This document shows positions 21,233-30,488 of a DNA stretch of 64,000 bases, piece by piece (the stretch's first letter is position 1; every line of letters starts with the position of its first letter). The DNA lies in the NCBI GenBank assembly GCA_965203905.1, contig CBDBDQ010000005.1:6368001-6432000 (forward strand), in the 5' to 3' direction. The stretch comes from Spirochaetia bacterium (GTDB taxonomy: Bacteria > Spirochaetota > Spirochaetia > SZUA-6 > Bin103). The notes under the pieces are model-generated. The model saw nothing but the letters and a program-made list of their open reading frames with translations, was not told the DNA's origin and searched no databases. The position numbers and the translations under genes were made by a program.

Positions 21233-21378
21233 GATGCGCTGAACATTGCGATCTGGCAGCGCCGACCGCGGGGCGTGGTGCACCATAGCGAACAGGGGTC
21301 GCAGTACACCTCGATCGCGTTCGAGACGTGCTGCAAGCAGACTGGCGTGCGAGCGTCGACCGGCTGCGTGGGCGATAC
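21227..21378 (+). mobile_element. IS3-family transposase (rve core) fragment at the duplication junction
   Basis: ALDALNIAIWQRRPRGVVHHSEQGSQYTSIAF...GVRASTGCVGD matches the HHSDxGSQY...SxGxxGD signature. Confidence 0.8.
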
Positions 21379-23950
21379 CTGGAGTTGAGGTACTTCCTGG
21401 TACCGGCCATCATTACGCTGCTGATGACCGGCGCCGCCACGCTGGTTCCCACGCTGCGTACGGCTCGCCTCAGCATCGCGTCCGTCCTGCGTCACGACTG
21501 AGGCGGTCCGGCGTCCTGGGGAGTGCCGGCGCACGTGAGAGGCGGCGTCATGTCCGACGGCAAGGTTCGCGCATGGACGGGGCTGCCGCTTGGGCTGAAT
21601 ATGCCACTTCGCTCGGCTGCGTCTCGCTACGCCACCGCGTCGCTGAACACCATCTCCCAGCCGTGGAACACCACCGCCAAGCCTGTGAACCGGACGGCCG
21701 GGAACTGCCGTGTCAGGCGCTCGTCCGCCAGGTAGCGCCGCAACTGCGCCGTGGCTTCGCCGGCCGCCGCCCTCACGCGGGCCTCGTCCGCCGGCTCGCC
21801 GCGAGCCAGGTACTTCAACTCGATCAGGTACCCGACCCGCAGGTGCGGATAGCGCGCCAGCAACGGCTCCAGGCTGATGTCCGCGTGTCCCTTCCCCAGC
21901 TCCGCCTCCGACCGGAACACGTAGTAGCCGGCCACGCTCAGGTAGGCGGCCAGGAATCCCTGGATGACCTTCTCCCCGCCGATGTAGTCCCGGATACCCG
22001 TCTGCGCCGCGATCGCCTCGCTCAGGTACTCCAGCACCGGCCGCCACTCGCCCTCGTTGGCCATCCCCAGCATCAGTTGCTCGAACCGGTGCAGGTCGAC
22101 CCGGAACACCCCCACGTCCTTGTAGCCGTCGCGCAGGTAGCCGTACATCAGCCGCTTCACCGTCTGGTTCGGGATCGCCAGCGTCGGCGTCACCCCCTGC
22201 ACCTCGCGGATGCTCAGCAGCCCGAAGTAGTGCAGCAGCGACAGGAAGTTCTGCGGCTCGGCGAGCTCGTGCTGCGGAAAGCCGGGCTGGATGTCGCTGT
22301 CCACCTGTTCCTCACCGATGATCGTCCGCAACAGGTCGAAGTTGCCGTTGAGCTGCCGCCCCACCACCAGCAGGTGGCGCAGCTTGCCGTAGTCGATGCG
22401 CACGTTGGTGTCGATCAGGTACTTGGGCACGCGTCGGTTCGGGATCGATTGGTCCAGGTAGTAGAGCACCATGTCGGTGTTGTAGAGATCGGTCTCGGCC
22501 TCCTCCGCGAACCGGTAGCCGTTGTACCACTCGCCCATGATGCCCATCGCGGTGTCGACGCCCTGATTGAACACGCCGAGGTCCTGGTAGGTCTCCACCA
22601 GGCGCCGCACCTCCGCCTCGGTGAAACCGACCATCTCGTTGAAGTCGGGGTGCAGGCTGATGTTCTTGCCGATGTTGAAGCCGCTGGTGACGTCGTCCAT
22701 GGTCACCGGCGACACGCCGGTGATGAACAGGCGATCGATGCCGCCTCCGCTCCGGTCCGTGCCGCCCTTGAGAGTGGCGAAGAAGTTGCGGAAGAAGCCG
22801 CCGCCGTGGGTGAAGTCATGGTACGCCTCGGCGCCGCGTTGCGCCAGCACGGTGTTGGCGAAGTTGTCGTACTCGTCGATCAGCACGTACAGCGGGATGT
22901 CGTGGTCGCCCGCGTAGCGGAACAACATGCTGAGCTTGGTGGCAATGGAGGGCGGCGCGAGGATACGCTGCCGTGCCGCTTCGGGAAACAGGTCGGGATG
23001 CCGCTCCAGCGTTCCCTCCAGTTCAACCAGGCAGTAGGCTTCGAACTCCCGCTCCAGGGTTTCGAGCTTGTCGTCGACCATTGAGAAGTTGAAGCGCAGG
23101 GTGACGTAGCGGCTGCGCTCCTCCGTCGGGTCCTGCCCGATGTCAGTGCCGGCAAAGGTGGCGTCGAAGTCGCCGGCCCAGAAGCGGTCGTAGTAGTTTT
23201 CCAGCAGCGACACCCACAGTGTCTTGCCGAACCGCCGGGGGCGGATCAGGAAGACGTAGTGCTCCTGTTCCAGCCGCCGCAGGAAGCGCGTCTTGTCAAC
23301 GTACAGCCAGCGGTTCAGGCGGATGCGCCGGAAGTCGCCCTGGCCGTAGGGAATGTGGGGGTACGCGGGTGTCTCGTTCACTGGCGAACCGTTCCGGCGA
23401 CACTCTATCGCCGTCCGCGCCGGCCCCTCAAGCGCCGATCGGCTCCTCGCCGTCCCGCTGCTTGCGCACGGCACGGCTCAACAGGGAAGTCCGGTTTACC
23501 AGGTGCCGCGCAACGGCCACGCGGAGACCGTCCCACCCCGTTTTCCGCGAACAGGTCGCGCGGAATGCTGTGCGTGCCGATCCAGTACGGCACCGTCTCA
23601 ACCGGTGACCGTGCCCCCAGCACCCAGCCCAGCAGCAGGCGGCGCTCGGCGCCTCCCGGCCCGCGGTCGTCCACCAGGTGCGGGTTGACGCAGTAGTACA
23701 GGCCCAGGTCGACGAAGCGCGGCTCGCGCCCGTCGGGGTGGAAGCGGCGCGCCTTCCGGTCGTAGCTGCCGGTCCAGTAGGGATTGTTGCGGGCGCCGAC
23801 CATGAGCACCGCGCGCTCGCCGTCCGCTGCACCCTCCGCACCGAAGGGGACCAGGTAGGGCAGCTCCCAGTAGCGCCGGCCGGGGTCGTGGTCCTCGGCG
23901 ATGGTGCCGCGGTGGGTCCACTCCTCCAGGTCGGGCGAGGTCCACAGGTG
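21377..23950. repeat. Tandem duplication unit 2
   Basis: Direct repeat of 18555..21111, including the permease tail 21377..21501. Confidence 0.92.
21627..23381 (-). CDS. AAA-ATPase-like + PD-(D/E)XK nuclease protein, copy 2 (intact motifs)
   Basis: RPRRFGKT, LIDEYD, SE...G.ADI...IELKY...QL..Y. Confidence 0.92.
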   Translation of the reverse strand: MNETPAYPHIPYGQGDFRRIRLNRWLYVDKTRFLRRLEQEHYVFLIRPRRFGKTLWVSLLENYYDRFWAGDFDATFAGTDIGQDPTEERSRYVTLRFNFSMVDDKLETLEREFEAYCLVELEGTLERHPDLFPEAARQRILAPPSIATKLSMLFRYAGDHDIPLYVLIDEYDNFANTVLAQRGAEAYHDFTHGGGFFRNFFATLKGGTDRSGGGIDRLFITGVSPVTMDDVTSGFNIGKNISLHPDFNEMVGFTEAEVRRLVETYQDLGVFNQGVDTAMGIMGEWYNGYRFAEEAETDLYNTDMVLYYLDQSIPNRRVPKYLIDTNVRIDYGKLRHLLVVGRQLNGNFDLLRTIIGEEQVDSDIQPGFPQHELAEPQNFLSLLHYFGLLSIREVQGVTPTLAIPNQTVKRLMYGYLRDGYKDVGVFRVDLHRFEQLMLGMANEGEWRPVLEYLSEAIAAQTGIRDYIGGEKVIQGFLAAYLSVAGYYVFRSEAELGKGHADISLEPLLARYPHLRVGYLIELKYLARGEPADEARVRAAAGEATAQLRRYLADERLTRQFPAVRFTGLAVVFHGWEMVFSDAVA

Positions 23951-24491
23951 GGCGTCCCAGTGCACCGGCGAGGCGGCGTTGGGCCGCTGCTCGTTGTCCA
24001 TCACCTTGTGCTTGTGCCAGCTCAGCCAGCCGTCGGTGCTGCGTGCCAGCACGCCGTGGGCCTCGGCATGGCCGGCGACGTTGCCGGTGTACAGCGCACA
24101 CGGGAAGCCGTCGTCGTCGATGAAGGTGTTGCCGGAGTACACCCCCTCCACGTCGTAGCGGCGGTCGGGCCACATCGCCACCGGCCAGTCTTCCCCAATG
24201 GACCAAATCGGCAGCGGTTGCGTGGCCCCAGCACACGGGGCTCTGGCTGCCGTTGGCGAATACCGGCCGGTACTGGTAGAAGAGGTGGTAAACGCCCTGG
24301 TGGTAGATCGGACCGTTGGGGTCGTTGATCCAGCCCTCCGGCGCCGTGAAGTGGTAGCGCGGCCGGTGCGGGTCGTGGGCCAGCATCCAGCGCCGCAGTT
24401 GCCGCGCCGCGGGGCCGAACACCTCGCGCTCCCTGCTGGTCACGGCCACGCGAAAGTCGCGCACCTCGCGTGGCCAGCGGTCGCCGCTCAC
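23545..24491 (-). pseudogene. GH32 (beta-fructofuranosidase/levanase-like) pseudogene, N-terminal part
   Basis: RPRYHF...WINDPNG, YHLFYQY, WGHA, YSG, WELP. Frameshift at a G-run near 24195, internal deletion after WDA, C-terminus missing. Confidence 0.82.
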
Positions 24492-24810
24492 TCCCGGTAT
24501 TTCCCGATGATGTCGATGATCAGGCCGATGTCGTCGCGCGCGGACGCCAGCGGGGTGCGATTCTCGGTACCGTCCACGACGCACTCGTGGAAGTGGCGCA
24601 ACTCGGGCAGGAAGGCGCTCTCCCAGTCGACCGCGGGCTCGGTGCGGTAGGCTGTGCCGTCCGCGTCCGTGCCCTGGATCACCGGGGGAGGAGAGCAGGC
24701 CGCGCGCAAACCCGGTCGGATAGGAGAGCAGCACGCGCCGCCCGTCGCCGTAGATCTCCAGGGTCTCCTTGAAGTCCCACAGGTCGGGCAGGTCGATCCA
24801 GGTGGCGCTA
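24488..24810 (-). pseudogene. C-terminal fragment of a Gfo/Idh/MocA-like oxidoreductase
   Basis: ETLEIYGD...AFLPELRHFHECVVDG...TP..SARDD. Frameshift near 24685; GTGA-coupled to the GH32 gene; 5' end lost. Confidence 0.55.
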
Positions 24811-24849
24811 TCTCCGCGGTGGGCGTGGTGCGGTCGTAATGGTGTCAGA

Positions 24850-25360
24850 ATGAGACCTGCCCAGTACTCCAGCACCGCGCTCATCGACCTGTTCCATCAG
24901 CAGACCGTCACCACGCTGCCCGAGGTGATGGCGGCTCTCGGCACGCACGCCCGGCGCACCGCGTTCCGCAAGCTCAAGGAACTCCCCTACCGCACCAGCT
25001 ACTCCCATCGTGGCCGCTACTACACCCTCGACGAGTTCATCGACTTCGACCAACACGGGCTGTGGTCGTTCCACGACGTGCGCTTCTCGACCGCCGGCAC
25101 GCTGCTCGCCACCATCGAAGCGAAGGTCAACGACGCTACGGCTGGACAGTTCAGCGAGGAGTTGGACCACCTGCTGCACGTCGGCACCCACGATGCCCTG
25201 CGCAAGCTGGTCCAGGAACGCAAGCTGAGCCGCCGGAAGGTTGCCGGTCAGTTCCTGTATTGCGCCGCCGATCGGACCCGCAAAGGGCAACAACTGAGCG
25301 CTCGGCGCGCCCTGCTGGCCGCCCCCGGACTGGTCGGACCGATACCGGATGCGCGATTGG
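24850..25360 (+). mobile_element. Truncated N-terminal ORF resembling those of ISAzo13-family elements
   Basis: AFRKLKELPYRTSYSHRGRYYTL...FDQHGLWSF..VRFS..GTL, recalled from ISAzo13-associated proteins; no DDE domain follows. Confidence 0.5.
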
Positions 25361-25429
25361 TACACCACCCTGGGGCGCAATCCCGGAACCATGCGGCCGA
25401 GCGTCAGCGCGGTGGGCGACAACCGCAGC

Positions 25430-25515
25430 GGCGCACCGCCGCTTCCGTCCCGGTCAGGTCGTCGGTAGCGAGCGGTTGATCGTACAGGGCTCGCCTGACC
25501 TGGACCTGATCAGCA
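25430..25515 (+). mobile_element. Possible IS1-family transposase fragment
   Basis: RRFRPGQVVGSERLIVQGSPDLDLIS resembles the segment preceding STSYVERQN in IS1-like transposases. Confidence 0.35.
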
Positions 25516-25548
25516 AGCGGTAGTGGTTGTTTAAAAATCTCTGTGTTT

Positions 25549-25917
25549 CTACGGAGTCTCGCCGCTCACCAGCCCAAAATGATCAAGCAGCTTTCCCACG
25601 TCGGTATTGAGGGTGGCTACGGTGGTCTGGATCTTCCCCATGTCGGTCCTGAGACCGGCCACGACGGTCCTGAGACCGGCCACGTCGGTCTTGAGATCCG
25701 CCACGTCGGTCTTGAGACCCGCAACGTCGGTCTTGAGACCCGCAACGTCGGTCTGGATCTCGCCGAGCACACGCTCCATGCGTTGGTTGTCCTCATGGAG
25801 CGCACCAAGCGCCTCTACCACGTTGCTCATAGTAGGGTCAGCCTTGACGCGCTCGAGCGCAGGCGCTGCCTTACTCGTCGGCGTTTGACCGGAAGGATTC
25901 GGCTGTGCTGTACTCAT
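25549..25917 (-). CDS. Small coiled-coil protein with TDVAGLK heptads
   Basis: EIQTDVAGLKTDVAGLKTDVADLKTDVAGLRTVVAGLRTDMGKIQT. Confidence 0.7.
   Translation of the reverse strand: MSTAQPNPSGQTPTSKAAPALERVKADPTMSNVVEALGALHEDNQRMERVLGEIQTDVAGLKTDVAGLKTDVADLKTDVAGLRTVVAGLRTDMGKIQTTVATLNTDVGKLLDHFGLVSGETP
25627..25752. repeat. 21-bp coding tandem repeat (5 near-perfect units + 1 degenerate)
   Basis: Unit CTTGAGACCCGCAACGTCGGT and variants. Confidence 0.9.
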
Positions 25918-26247
25918 GGGACCGCTACTTTGCCCCCAGAGCCGCAGCCGCCTTGCGCGCGGTCTCGCGGCGCCCCGTTGCCATGGCGACAACCAGCTTA
26001 GCGAACTCATTGCCGTCGCGCGGCTTCTTGGGTAGTGCCATCGCTAAACCTCCAGCGTATCGTCCTCGGTATAGTTTAGTGCTTCCGCGCACCAACGATC
26101 AACGACCAGCAAGGCGGTCGCCGGTCGCGTGCCGTCGTCGGACGCCGCACCGCTGAAGGCGCACGTTTCCGCTAGCCGCAACATCGTCGGTACTTCAGCC
26201 GCTGCGTCTTCGACGAGATCCTCCCCACAACGCGGTACATTGGCGGT

Positions 26248-27063
26248 ATGAACGCCACCGGTCGCGGCGAGTTGCGGCTCACGGTGCAGGGCCGGCGCTG
26301 GCGCACGCGTTACCGGGCGCCGCTGTTCGTCAACGTGCTGCCGGCGGCCGACGGCACCCTGTTGGCGTTACCGGTGGACCAGGGCGGAGGACTGCGCAAC
26401 GGCGAGCGCCAGCTGCAGCGGGTGCTGCTGGATCACGGCGCCGAGGTGACCTGGGCGCCGCCGGCCAGCACCCTGTGTCTGCCGGCCGTGGATGCTTCCG
26501 GCGCCCATCTGCAACTGGTCGCCGACGTACGCGGCGCCAGCTACCTGCGCCTGGCGGGGCGGCCGCTGATCCCTTTCGCCGGCGCAGACGTGGTGCAGAC
26601 CACCGTGGTGAGGGTAGCTTCCGGCAGCCAGTGCCTGCTGCTGGAGAGCGGCTGCCCGGGCCGCACCCAGATGGGCGAGAGCTGGGCATTCACGCGCCTC
26701 GCCTATCACCTGACGGTGCTGCGCCAGCGCACCGTGGTGTATCGCGAGCGCTGGGAGCTGCGGCCACCCGAGGTGCCCCATGCGGCGAGCGGCTTCGACG
26801 GCAAGCTGGGGTGGGCGACCTGCGTGGCATGCGGCCCGCGGCCGATCGCCGAGCTGGAGGAGCTGCGCCGCTGGCTCAGCGCCAACGGTGCCACCGTGCG
26901 CTACGGCTGCCTCGGCGAAGACCTCGCGGTGGCGCGCATTCTGGATCCCCACGGGGCCCTGGTCACCGGGCTGGCAGAACGCACGCTGCAGGGCGCCCAG
27001 TGCCCGGCCGCCGAGCGCCAGCCGGCTCCCGAGCCGCACGCGCCCGGAATCACGGTTCGCTGA
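26248..27063 (+). CDS. ureD: Urease accessory protein UreD/UreH (divergent, detached from the operon)
   Basis: YRAPL, GGGLRNGE, PLIPFAGA, PGRTQMGESWAF, YRERW. Confidence 0.75.
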   Translation: MNATGRGELRLTVQGRRWRTRYRAPLFVNVLPAADGTLLALPVDQGGGLRNGERQLQRVLLDHGAEVTWAPPASTLCLPAVDASGAHLQLVADVRGASYLRLAGRPLIPFAGADVVQTTVVRVASGSQCLLLESGCPGRTQMGESWAFTRLAYHLTVLRQRTVVYRERWELRPPEVPHAASGFDGKLGWATCVACGPRPIAELEELRRWLSANGATVRYGCLGEDLAVARILDPHGALVTGLAERTLQGAQCPAAERQPAPEPHAPGITVR

Positions 27064-28690
27064 CCGTCAGCCGCTGGTTGGTCGCCACGTCGTGCAGGGT
27101 CTGGCGGCTGCCGCTCGGCCACTCGACCTCCACTGCTGCGACGCGCTCCAGGCCGGGGCCCAGGCCAACGTGGAGCAGCGCCTCGTTCTGGCCCAGGTAG
27201 TTGTTGCCGCCGCCGAGCACCCGTACCAGGCGCCGGTCCGGCTCCGCCGCGCGTGGGGTCACGGTGATGCGGGCGCCGACGCCCTGGCGGTTGGCCTCCC
27301 TGCCCTCCAGCCGCAGCTGCAGCCAGCGATTCGGCCCCGCGCGGCCGGCGCGGTTGGTCTCGTTGCGGTACAGCACCGGGCGGCCGCTGTTGTGCACCAC
27401 CAGCAGGTCCAGGTCACCGTCCGGCTCCAGGTCGAACACCGCCAGCCCGGTGCCGACCGCGGTGGCCAGCAAGCCCTCCGGTTGCGCCACCTCGGTGAAG
27501 CGGCCGCTGCCGTCATTGCGCCACAGCTTCATCGGGTCGTCGGCGAAGCCGGTGGTGTTGGCGGTGTAGGGGACCTCGGCGGCGTAGTCCACGCCGGTGG
27601 CCAGCACCAGGTCCAGGTCACCGTCGTTGTCGTAATCCAGGAAGCTGGTGCCCCACCCCCACGACCCGTCACGCACCCCCGCCGCGTCGGTGGTGTCTTC
27701 AAAGAAACCGCGGCCCAGGTTGCGGTACAGGCGGTTGCCGTCGCGGTAGGGTACCCCCTCCTCGTAGATGGCGCTCACGAACCAGTCCAGGAGACCGTCG
27801 CCGTCGTAGTCGCCCACCGCGGACCCCATGCCGTACTCGTCGGTGCCGACGCGCGCCCCGACGGTGCCGTCGAGGAAGCGGCCGTTGCCCAGGTTCCAGT
27901 AGAGCTGGCTGGTCTGGTGGTCGCCCGCGATCACCAGCTCGGGATAGAGGTCGTCGTCCAGCAGGGCGAAGGTCGAGGTGAGACTCTGGCCCTCGGCCAG
28001 CGGGTTGACCGCGATGATGCGGTGCTGGGAGACCCCGGCATGGCGGGTCACGTCCTCGAAGTGGCCGGGGGCCTCCGCGCCGCGGTTGCGCAGCAGGCGC
28101 GCGTTGCTCTGCGCGCCGACGGTCATCTGGCGCAGGAAGCGCCACTCCGTGGTGTGCAAGTCGAGGTAGCCGTCCAGGTCGTAGTCCCCGAACGCGGCGC
28201 TGAACCCGAAGTGCAGGTCGTCGCCCTCGGTGGCGGCGCCGCGCGCCACCGCCTCCTCGGAAAACGAGCCGGAGCCGTCGTTCACGAACAGGTGAAAACG
28301 GTGCGAGAACAGGCTGGTCACGTACAGGTCCAGGTCGCCGTCGTTGTCGATGTCGCCCCAGGCGGCGCCGTTGGACTGCACGTCGGCCAGGTGTGCGGGG
28401 CCGAAGGCCTCGGCGGTAACGTCCGCGAAGGTGCCGTCGCCGCGGTTCCGGTACAGGATGTCGCTGTCGTCCAGACGGGTCACGTAGAGATCGACCAGCC
28501 CGTCGCCGTCGTAGTCCCCGGCGGCCACTCCGCCGGTCTTGTAGCTCTGCATCGCGGCTGGAGTATCCGCCGCGCGGCGAAACTGCACGTAGTCGATACC
28601 CGCGGCGTCCGTCACGTCGACGAAGGTCTGCGCCGCCGCCGGCGCCGCCAGGGCTGCAGCCAGGGCGGTGCCGAGCCACGCCCACCTCAC
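27050..28690 (-). CDS. Secreted CRTAC1-family protein (FG-GAP repeats + ASPIC/UnbV domain)
   Basis: Signal peptide ending AAA-Q; repeated GDYDGDGxxDL and FxDVT motifs; C-terminal NR.GVGARI...LHVGLG...VEWPSG. Confidence 0.9.
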   Translation of the reverse strand: MRWAWLGTALAAALAAPAAAQTFVDVTDAAGIDYVQFRRAADTPAAMQSYKTGGVAAGDYDGDGLVDLYVTRLDDSDILYRNRGDGTFADVTAEAFGPAHLADVQSNGAAWGDIDNDGDLDLYVTSLFSHRFHLFVNDGSGSFSEEAVARGAATEGDDLHFGFSAAFGDYDLDGYLDLHTTEWRFLRQMTVGAQSNARLLRNRGAEAPGHFEDVTRHAGVSQHRIIAVNPLAEGQSLTSTFALLDDDLYPELVIAGDHQTSQLYWNLGNGRFLDGTVGARVGTDEYGMGSAVGDYDGDGLLDWFVSAIYEEGVPYRDGNRLYRNLGRGFFEDTTDAAGVRDGSWGWGTSFLDYDNDGDLDLVLATGVDYAAEVPYTANTTGFADDPMKLWRNDGSGRFTEVAQPEGLLATAVGTGLAVFDLEPDGDLDLLVVHNSGRPVLYRNETNRAGRAGPNRWLQLRLEGREANRQGVGARITVTPRAAEPDRRLVRVLGGGNNYLGQNEALLHVGLGPGLERVAAVEVEWPSGSRQTLHDVATNQRLTVSEP

Positions 28691-29568
28691 TCCTTTACCG
28701 CTCCCACCAGGATCCCCTTGATGAAGTAGCGCTGCAGGAACGGGTAGACCAGCACGATGGGAACGATCGTCACGATCATGGTCGCGAACTGCATGCCGTC
28801 GGGATGCAGGTAGAACGAGTTGGCCTCCTCCACCATCGTCTGCGCCGCCTCGGCGGTGAAATCTCCCATGCTGCTCTGCTTGATGACGCGTACCAGCAGT
28901 GCCTGCAGCGTGTCCAGCCAGCGCGACCGCGTGAAGTACACGGTATCCAGCCACGAGTTCCACTGCGCGACCCCGGCGAACAGCGCGATGGCGGCCACCA
29001 CCGGCGCCGAAATCGGCAGGTACACGGATCCGAACACGCGCAGCCAGCCGGCGCCGTCGACGCGTGCCGATTCCTCCAGGGAAACCGGAATCTCGTTGAA
29101 CTGGGCCATGAAGATGACCACGTAGAAGAAGCTGAACAGGTTCGGCAGCAGATACACCAGGAACCGGTCCAGCAGCCCCAGCGCCCGCAGGTTGAGGTAG
29201 ACGGGAATCAGCCCCCCGGAAAAGAACAGCGGAATGGTGAACAGAACCAGGTACAGATTGCGCCCGGGAAGGTTGCGCTTGCGCAGGGCGAAGGCGCACA
29301 GGGCGCAGTTCAGCACCGTCAGCACGGTGCCCGCCACGGTACGGCTCACCGACATCAGGAACGCGTTCAACAGCAGCCCGTTGCCGAAGATGATCTCGTA
29401 GTTGCGCAGCGTCAGGCGCTCGGCCAACAGCCACACGGGACCGAAGTAGAGCCTGTCGTTGAGCGAGTTGACGGCGAAATACCAGAACGGGTAGAGAATG
29501 CCGAGCGCCAGCACCAGGATGGGCAGGTAGACGCCCAGATACACGGCCAGCGTCGGGCGCCGGAGCAT
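28687..29568 (-). CDS. Carbohydrate ABC permease (LplC/MalG-like), copy 2
   Basis: FFSGGLIP.Y, LEESARVDGA, QWNSW, YPFLQRYFIKGI. Confidence 0.92.
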   Translation of the reverse strand: MLRRPTLAVYLGVYLPILVLALGILYPFWYFAVNSLNDRLYFGPVWLLAERLTLRNYEIIFGNGLLLNAFLMSVSRTVAGTVLTVLNCALCAFALRKRNLPGRNLYLVLFTIPLFFSGGLIPVYLNLRALGLLDRFLVYLLPNLFSFFYVVIFMAQFNEIPVSLEESARVDGAGWLRVFGSVYLPISAPVVAAIALFAGVAQWNSWLDTVYFTRSRWLDTLQALLVRVIKQSSMGDFTAEAAQTMVEEANSFYLHPDGMQFATMIVTIVPIVLVYPFLQRYFIKGILVGAVKE

Positions 29569-29576
29569 GCCGTGTG

Positions 29577-30488
29577 CTACCCCTTGATGGAGCCGATCAG
29601 GATGCCCTTGATGAAGTAGCGCTGCAGGAACGGATACACCATCACGATCGGAATGACCGTGACCAGCATGGTCGCGAACTGCACGCCCTCGGGGTTCAGG
29701 TAGTTGGCCACGGTCTCTTCCTGCAGCGCCGCCATCTCCTGCACGAAGCTGCCCAGGCTGCTCTGCTTGATGATGCGCAGCAGGACCGCCTGCAGCGTCT
29801 CCAGGCTTTCCGAGCGGGTGAAGTACAAGGTGTCGAACCAGGAGTTCCACTGCGCCACGCCGGCGAACAGGGCGATGGCGGCGATCATCGGCATCGATAT
29901 GGGGAAGTAGATCCGCACGAAGATGCGGAAGTAGCCGGCCCCGTCGATGCGCGCCGAATCTTCCAGCGACGATGGCAGGTCGTTGAAGCTGGTCATCATG
30001 ATGATGACGTAGAAGAACGAGAACAGGTTCGGCAGGATGTAGACCAGGAAGTGGTCCAGCAGTCCCAGGAAGCGGAAGTTCAGGTAGATCGGGATCAGGC
30101 CGCCCGAGAAGAACAGCGGCACGGCGAACAGCGCCAGGTACCAGTTGCGGAACGGCAGGTTGGGCTTGCGCAGCGCGAACGCGCACATGGCGCAGTTGAA
30201 CACCGTCACCACGGTGCCGATCACGGTGCGCAGCGTCGATGTCACGAAGGCGTTCAGCAGGCGGTCGTTGGCGAAGATCACCTGGTAGTTTCTGAGGGTG
30301 TAGTCCGGGGGCAGCAGGTACGCGGGCGCGGCAATGAGCTGGGTGTTCACCGAGTTGATCAGGTAGTAGTAGAACGGGTAGATGATGGACAGGCTGAGCA
30401 CCACGATCGGCACGTAGATGCCGACGTACATCAGCGGCGTGACCCGCCGGTGGTGCGCGAGGAGGCCGGGCTGAGCTCTGCCGGCCAT
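29577..30488 (-). CDS. Carbohydrate ABC permease (LplC/MalG-like), copy 1
   Basis: Same motifs as copy 2; LEDSARIDGA. Confidence 0.92.
   Translation of the reverse strand: MAGRAQPGLLAHHRRVTPLMYVGIYVPIVVLSLSIIYPFYYYLINSVNTQLIAAPAYLLPPDYTLRNYQVIFANDRLLNAFVTSTLRTVIGTVVTVFNCAMCAFALRKPNLPFRNWYLALFAVPLFFSGGLIPIYLNFRFLGLLDHFLVYILPNLFSFFYVIIMMTSFNDLPSSLEDSARIDGAGYFRIFVRIYFPISMPMIAAIALFAGVAQWNSWFDTLYFTRSESLETLQAVLLRIIKQSSLGSFVQEMAALQEETVANYLNPEGVQFATMLVTVIPIVMVYPFLQRYFIKGILIGSIKG

Noticed and set aside
18814-23381. Diversity-generating retroelement (TR/VR pair)
   Set aside because: Differences span the whole gene and are not adenine-specific; no reverse transcriptase in the window.
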